Positions 61,155 to 64,000 of a stretch of 64,000 nt of DNA are shown here, in pieces (the first letter of the stretch is position 1; the number at the start of each line of letters is the position of its first letter). The notes below the pieces were generated by a model that made no database searches, was not told the DNA's origin, and was given only the letters and a program-made list of their open reading frames with translations. Source of the stretch: Candidatus Poribacteria bacterium (lineage in GTDB: Bacteria > Poribacteria > WGA-4E > WGA-3G); the NCBI GenBank assembly GCA_965205015.1, contig OZ242029.1, forward strand, positions 4,320,001 through 4,384,000, given 5' to 3'. Position numbers and translations under genes: made by a program.

Positions 61155-63152
61155 ATGGAAACTTCACCGAACAAAATCCCTCTCACACTCGGCAGGGATG
61201 CAGCAGTGTCCGTCAAAGGTTTCATCGCACCGATTGAATATACACAGTACAACTTCCACGTGAAATGGGATGAACTGGCGAACTTTCGCGTCGCTGAACC
61301 AGAGAAGCAGTACCCAACATCCATTTTTCAAGCGTTTCTTCCCTCGGAACCGGTTTCGGTCGGTGAATGTTGGGAGATTCAAGAAGAAGGCGCGCTAACG
61401 CTGTTGCGTCAACTTCACCCGAACCCACGACTGGACTTACACTTGGATTCTGGGGATTCTCACGGTTTGTGGGCATGTCTGCGCGCTTACAATAGTGAAT
61501 GTGCTGAAATTCTGTTCCGCATCCACGCCGAATTTGTTATGGAAAATGGTTGCTTTACACCTTCACAATTTGCTGGACGTCTCGTTATTGACCGGGTCCA
61601 CGGAACGATTGTCTCCTTCATGATGCACGTGCCGGCTGCCACACTGAACTTTGATGCAGGCTGGAGGGCCCCGGCGCATCCGGGGGGTGCCGCGGAAATC
61701 GGCTTTTGTCCGAAAATAGAACTCCGTACCGATATTTCAAGTGCTGTGCAGGACACCGAATTCACAGTATCTATTACCGAAGAGGCAGCGAAACGCGCGC
61801 TCATCTTGCGCTTCTATAAGTCACAGCAAATTAACTGGGTATCCTTGGCAGAAGCGTTGGAAATAGCACCCGCACAGCAAAAACCGATTCATGCGATTTC
61901 TGTAGATGGTCCCCTTGTAGATGAAGCCTGCTGAGGGACCGGCAAAGCTTTGAGGACAGGTGTCCTCTCCGACGAACGAATCATCAAATTTCTGAACGAT
62001 AATTTCATCAATACATGGGTTTCCAATTCTGAATTAGGACGCATTCCGAGTTTACGAGCTCCGATCGCCAAAAGACGCGAACGCGAGGGCAAGACCTTTG
62101 ATATGAACCATACTTTGGCACAAGCGATTATAAGAGGGTGGAGCAAATATTCACCGGTGGATTGTATGGTGATCACACATCAATTTGAATTGCTGGGGGG
62201 TATCGACTATAATGTGTTCCTCAGCAACTTGGGAGGTCTGCGCCACACAGAGGCTTACTTACTCTTTCTCAAGGGATCCTTGGACGGAAAACGCCCTGGA
62301 TTGGGAGACGTTATCCTTACTGCTCAACAGCCTTCACAGGAGGTAGTGGACACTTTTCGTATGGTCACGCCTGGGGAGTACACCGTCTTTGCCCTTGATG
62401 CTACAGCGTTTGAAGAGGGTGGCACGCTCAATATTGATATCCAAATCGGTAGAGACACGGCGGACGGTATGTTCTATCTGTTTCACGATGACAGCAAATC
62501 GCCAAAAAGAAAAAAGGTGCTTGATAGGGGAAAAAGCGATGTAGCGGTCTCTGACGCGCTTGCGAAAGTGCTGTGCTTATATGCCGGTGAAACGAAGCAA
62601 ATCAGACACCCTTTTGACCACGGTCAACGTTTTAAATTGTGTGCTATCGGTGATGAGGATGGGTGGTGCGGGGAAGGGGGCGTAAACGCTTTTCATGCAA
62701 AAATTTCTGTAGACGAACATTCCCCGAAGTCTCAGGTTGAATCCTTCACTGCCTCAACCCCTTTGAGCGTTATCCTCGACGGGACACAACCCTCGCAGGA
62801 GATATTGGATATTTTTCGCGCACCGGGAAACGGTTATCAAGATTACACTGTTGTCAATATCGATACAACAGCATTTGAAGACGGTGGCACGCTCAACATT
62901 GATATCCGGGTAGGGAGTGAAGAGGCGGCCGGTTCGTTTGATCTCTTTGATAGTGACACCGAACTCCCGACAGAGGGGATACCTGAAGCGCTCGTCTCGG
63001 CGTGGGTCATTAAATCCGGTAAATCGGGAACAATTAGCCATCGTTTTGAACGAGGTGAAATTTTTAGACTTGGGGCTACTGGAGACTGGTCCAGCGAGAA
63101 AGGGAGGATAAACGCCTTCTCTGCAAAAATTTCCGTGGAAACGGTAGACTAA
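61155..63152 (+). CDS. Selenoprotein N (SELENON)-like protein, copy 2, 665 aa with Sec at TGA 61932-61934
   Basis: ORFs 61155-61934 and 61950-63152 are in frame. The junction reads DGPLVDEAC-U-GTGKALRTGVLSDERIIKFLNDNFINTW; paralogue of copy 1 with the TGA at the same codon (260). Confidence 0.88.
61952..61967 (+). promoter_or_regulatory. Putative bacterial SECIS hairpin, copy 2
   Basis: GAGGAC-AGGT-GTCCTC perfect stem, 17 nt after TGA, G-containing loop. Confidence 0.7.
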
Positions 63153-63856
63153 TCATTGATTACTCTCACTGCGAGGCAATCCGACAATCTCACAAACCGA
63201 TATCCATCCCGTTTAAGTGCCGTGATGATTCGATCTGTCGCTTCGATTGTCCCTAAACGGTTTGCCTGCTTATTCTCTGCTTTTCCATCGTGCAGGACGA
63301 TAATCGAACCGGGGCGTGTCTTTTTCAATACCGTTTTAGTGATACGGTCAGGATTCTGTGTCGTCCAATCCCAACTCCAGACGTTGCAGCTGATGTGCAC
63401 GCGGTTACCCTTCGCAAGTACCCACGCGACAGGTAGGAACCTTGTTAAGACCGGTGCCCGAAATACAATCTCTCCGATAATACGCTGTTGCCGAAGCAGC
63501 ACATCTGTTCGTTCAATCTCCCTTCGGACATAGAATGGCGGCAGAAAACCCAGCAAGGGATGGTTATAGGTGTGATTGCCGATCTGGTGTCCCTCAGCAA
63601 TAACCCGATTTACCGTTTCCGGATGCGTTTCGATCCGATTTCCTATCATGAAAAAGGTGGCTTTGACGTTGTGCTTGGCGAGGACATTAAGTAACCGCTC
63701 GGTGTAAGGCGGATTCGGTCCATCGTCGTAGGTGAGCGCGACAATCCGCTGGTCTGTGTTCAGACGAACGATATTCTTTCCGAACGGCGGTCTAAAGAAC
63801 AACCACAGCAGCATCACCATTACAAATGTTCCAACCACTGGGATGATGGGGTTCAT
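63149..63856 (-). CDS. Polysaccharide deacetylase (NodB/CE4), membrane-anchored
   Basis: ALTYDDGP, KATFF, GNHTYNH, FRAP, DW and IIVLHD motifs. Confidence 0.92.
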   Translation of the reverse strand: MNPIIPVVGTFVMVMLLWLFFRPPFGKNIVRLNTDQRIVALTYDDGPNPPYTERLLNVLAKHNVKATFFMIGNRIETHPETVNRVIAEGHQIGNHTYNHPLLGFLPPFYVRREIERTDVLLRQQRIIGEIVFRAPVLTRFLPVAWVLAKGNRVHISCNVWSWDWTTQNPDRITKTVLKKTRPGSIIVLHDGKAENKQANRLGTIEATDRIITALKRDGYRFVRLSDCLAVRVIND

Positions 63857-63999
63857 TGGGGGCGCGTCCTCATTTTACGTGTGACTGGCAAATGCCACCA
63901 CGGAACGTATGGATACTCGTGGTGTTCCCAATGATACCCAAAGTGATAACAGGTGATAAACGACCAGAATGTTGAATACGCGTTGCTCTGCGCACGGTG
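63853..63999 (-). CDS. crtW: C-terminal fragment of a beta-carotene ketolase CrtW-like desaturase-family protein (cut by the right edge; not in the ORF track)
   Basis: Manual translation HRAQSNAYSTFWSFITCYHFGYHWEHHEYPYVPWWHLP...*; third His box; its stop overlaps the deacetylase ATG (ATGA). Confidence 0.75.
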   Translation of the reverse strand, partial: HRAQSNAYSTFWSFITCYHFGYHWEHHEYPYVPWWHLPVTRKMRTRPQ

Positions 64000-64000
64000 G

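Noticed and set aside
59621-63152. Interpretation as four separate genes or two nonsense pseudogenes
   Set aside because: The same-codon TGA in both diverged paralogues, the Cys-TGA-Gly context, the conserved hairpin and continuous SELENON similarity argue for Sec read-through.

Overview
Bacterial diderm chromosomal window of about 50% GC, most likely from the sponge symbiont Candidatus Poribacteria. That assignment is an inference from LamG/secreted proteins ending in a KL-x-x-TWG-x-[IL]K motif, a dockerin-like tail, and sulfatase plus uronate genes. From 1 to 14 kb lie carbohydrate and uronate catabolism genes. From 16.7 to 38.5 kb runs a long minus-strand housekeeping/envelope block (prmA, dnaJ, grpE, lpxD, skp, bamA, ilvE, lolD, lolC/E, lysS, frameshifted prfB, lnt). 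This block contains an intact ISAs1 element and an adjacent pair of archaeal-type ether-lipid genes (GGGP synthase and DGGGP synthase). From 38 to 59.6 kb lie a PorV-like gene, rqcH/NFACT, an orphan groEL, leuS, rnj, leuCD, guaB and two orphan antitoxins. The most striking signal is at 59.6-63.2 kb, where four ORF-track ORFs are really two tandem paralogues of eukaryotic selenoprotein N (SELENON). Each is read through an in-frame TGA in a DEAC-U-G motif, is followed by a conserved SECIS-like hairpin, and carries one or two copies of an unrecognised C-terminal domain. The window ends in a CrtW-like carotenoid ketolase fragment. Several REP/MITE-like repeat families fill the intergenic spaces, and one sits in-frame inside RNase J. 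All family assignments come from motif recognition by eye; no searches were run.
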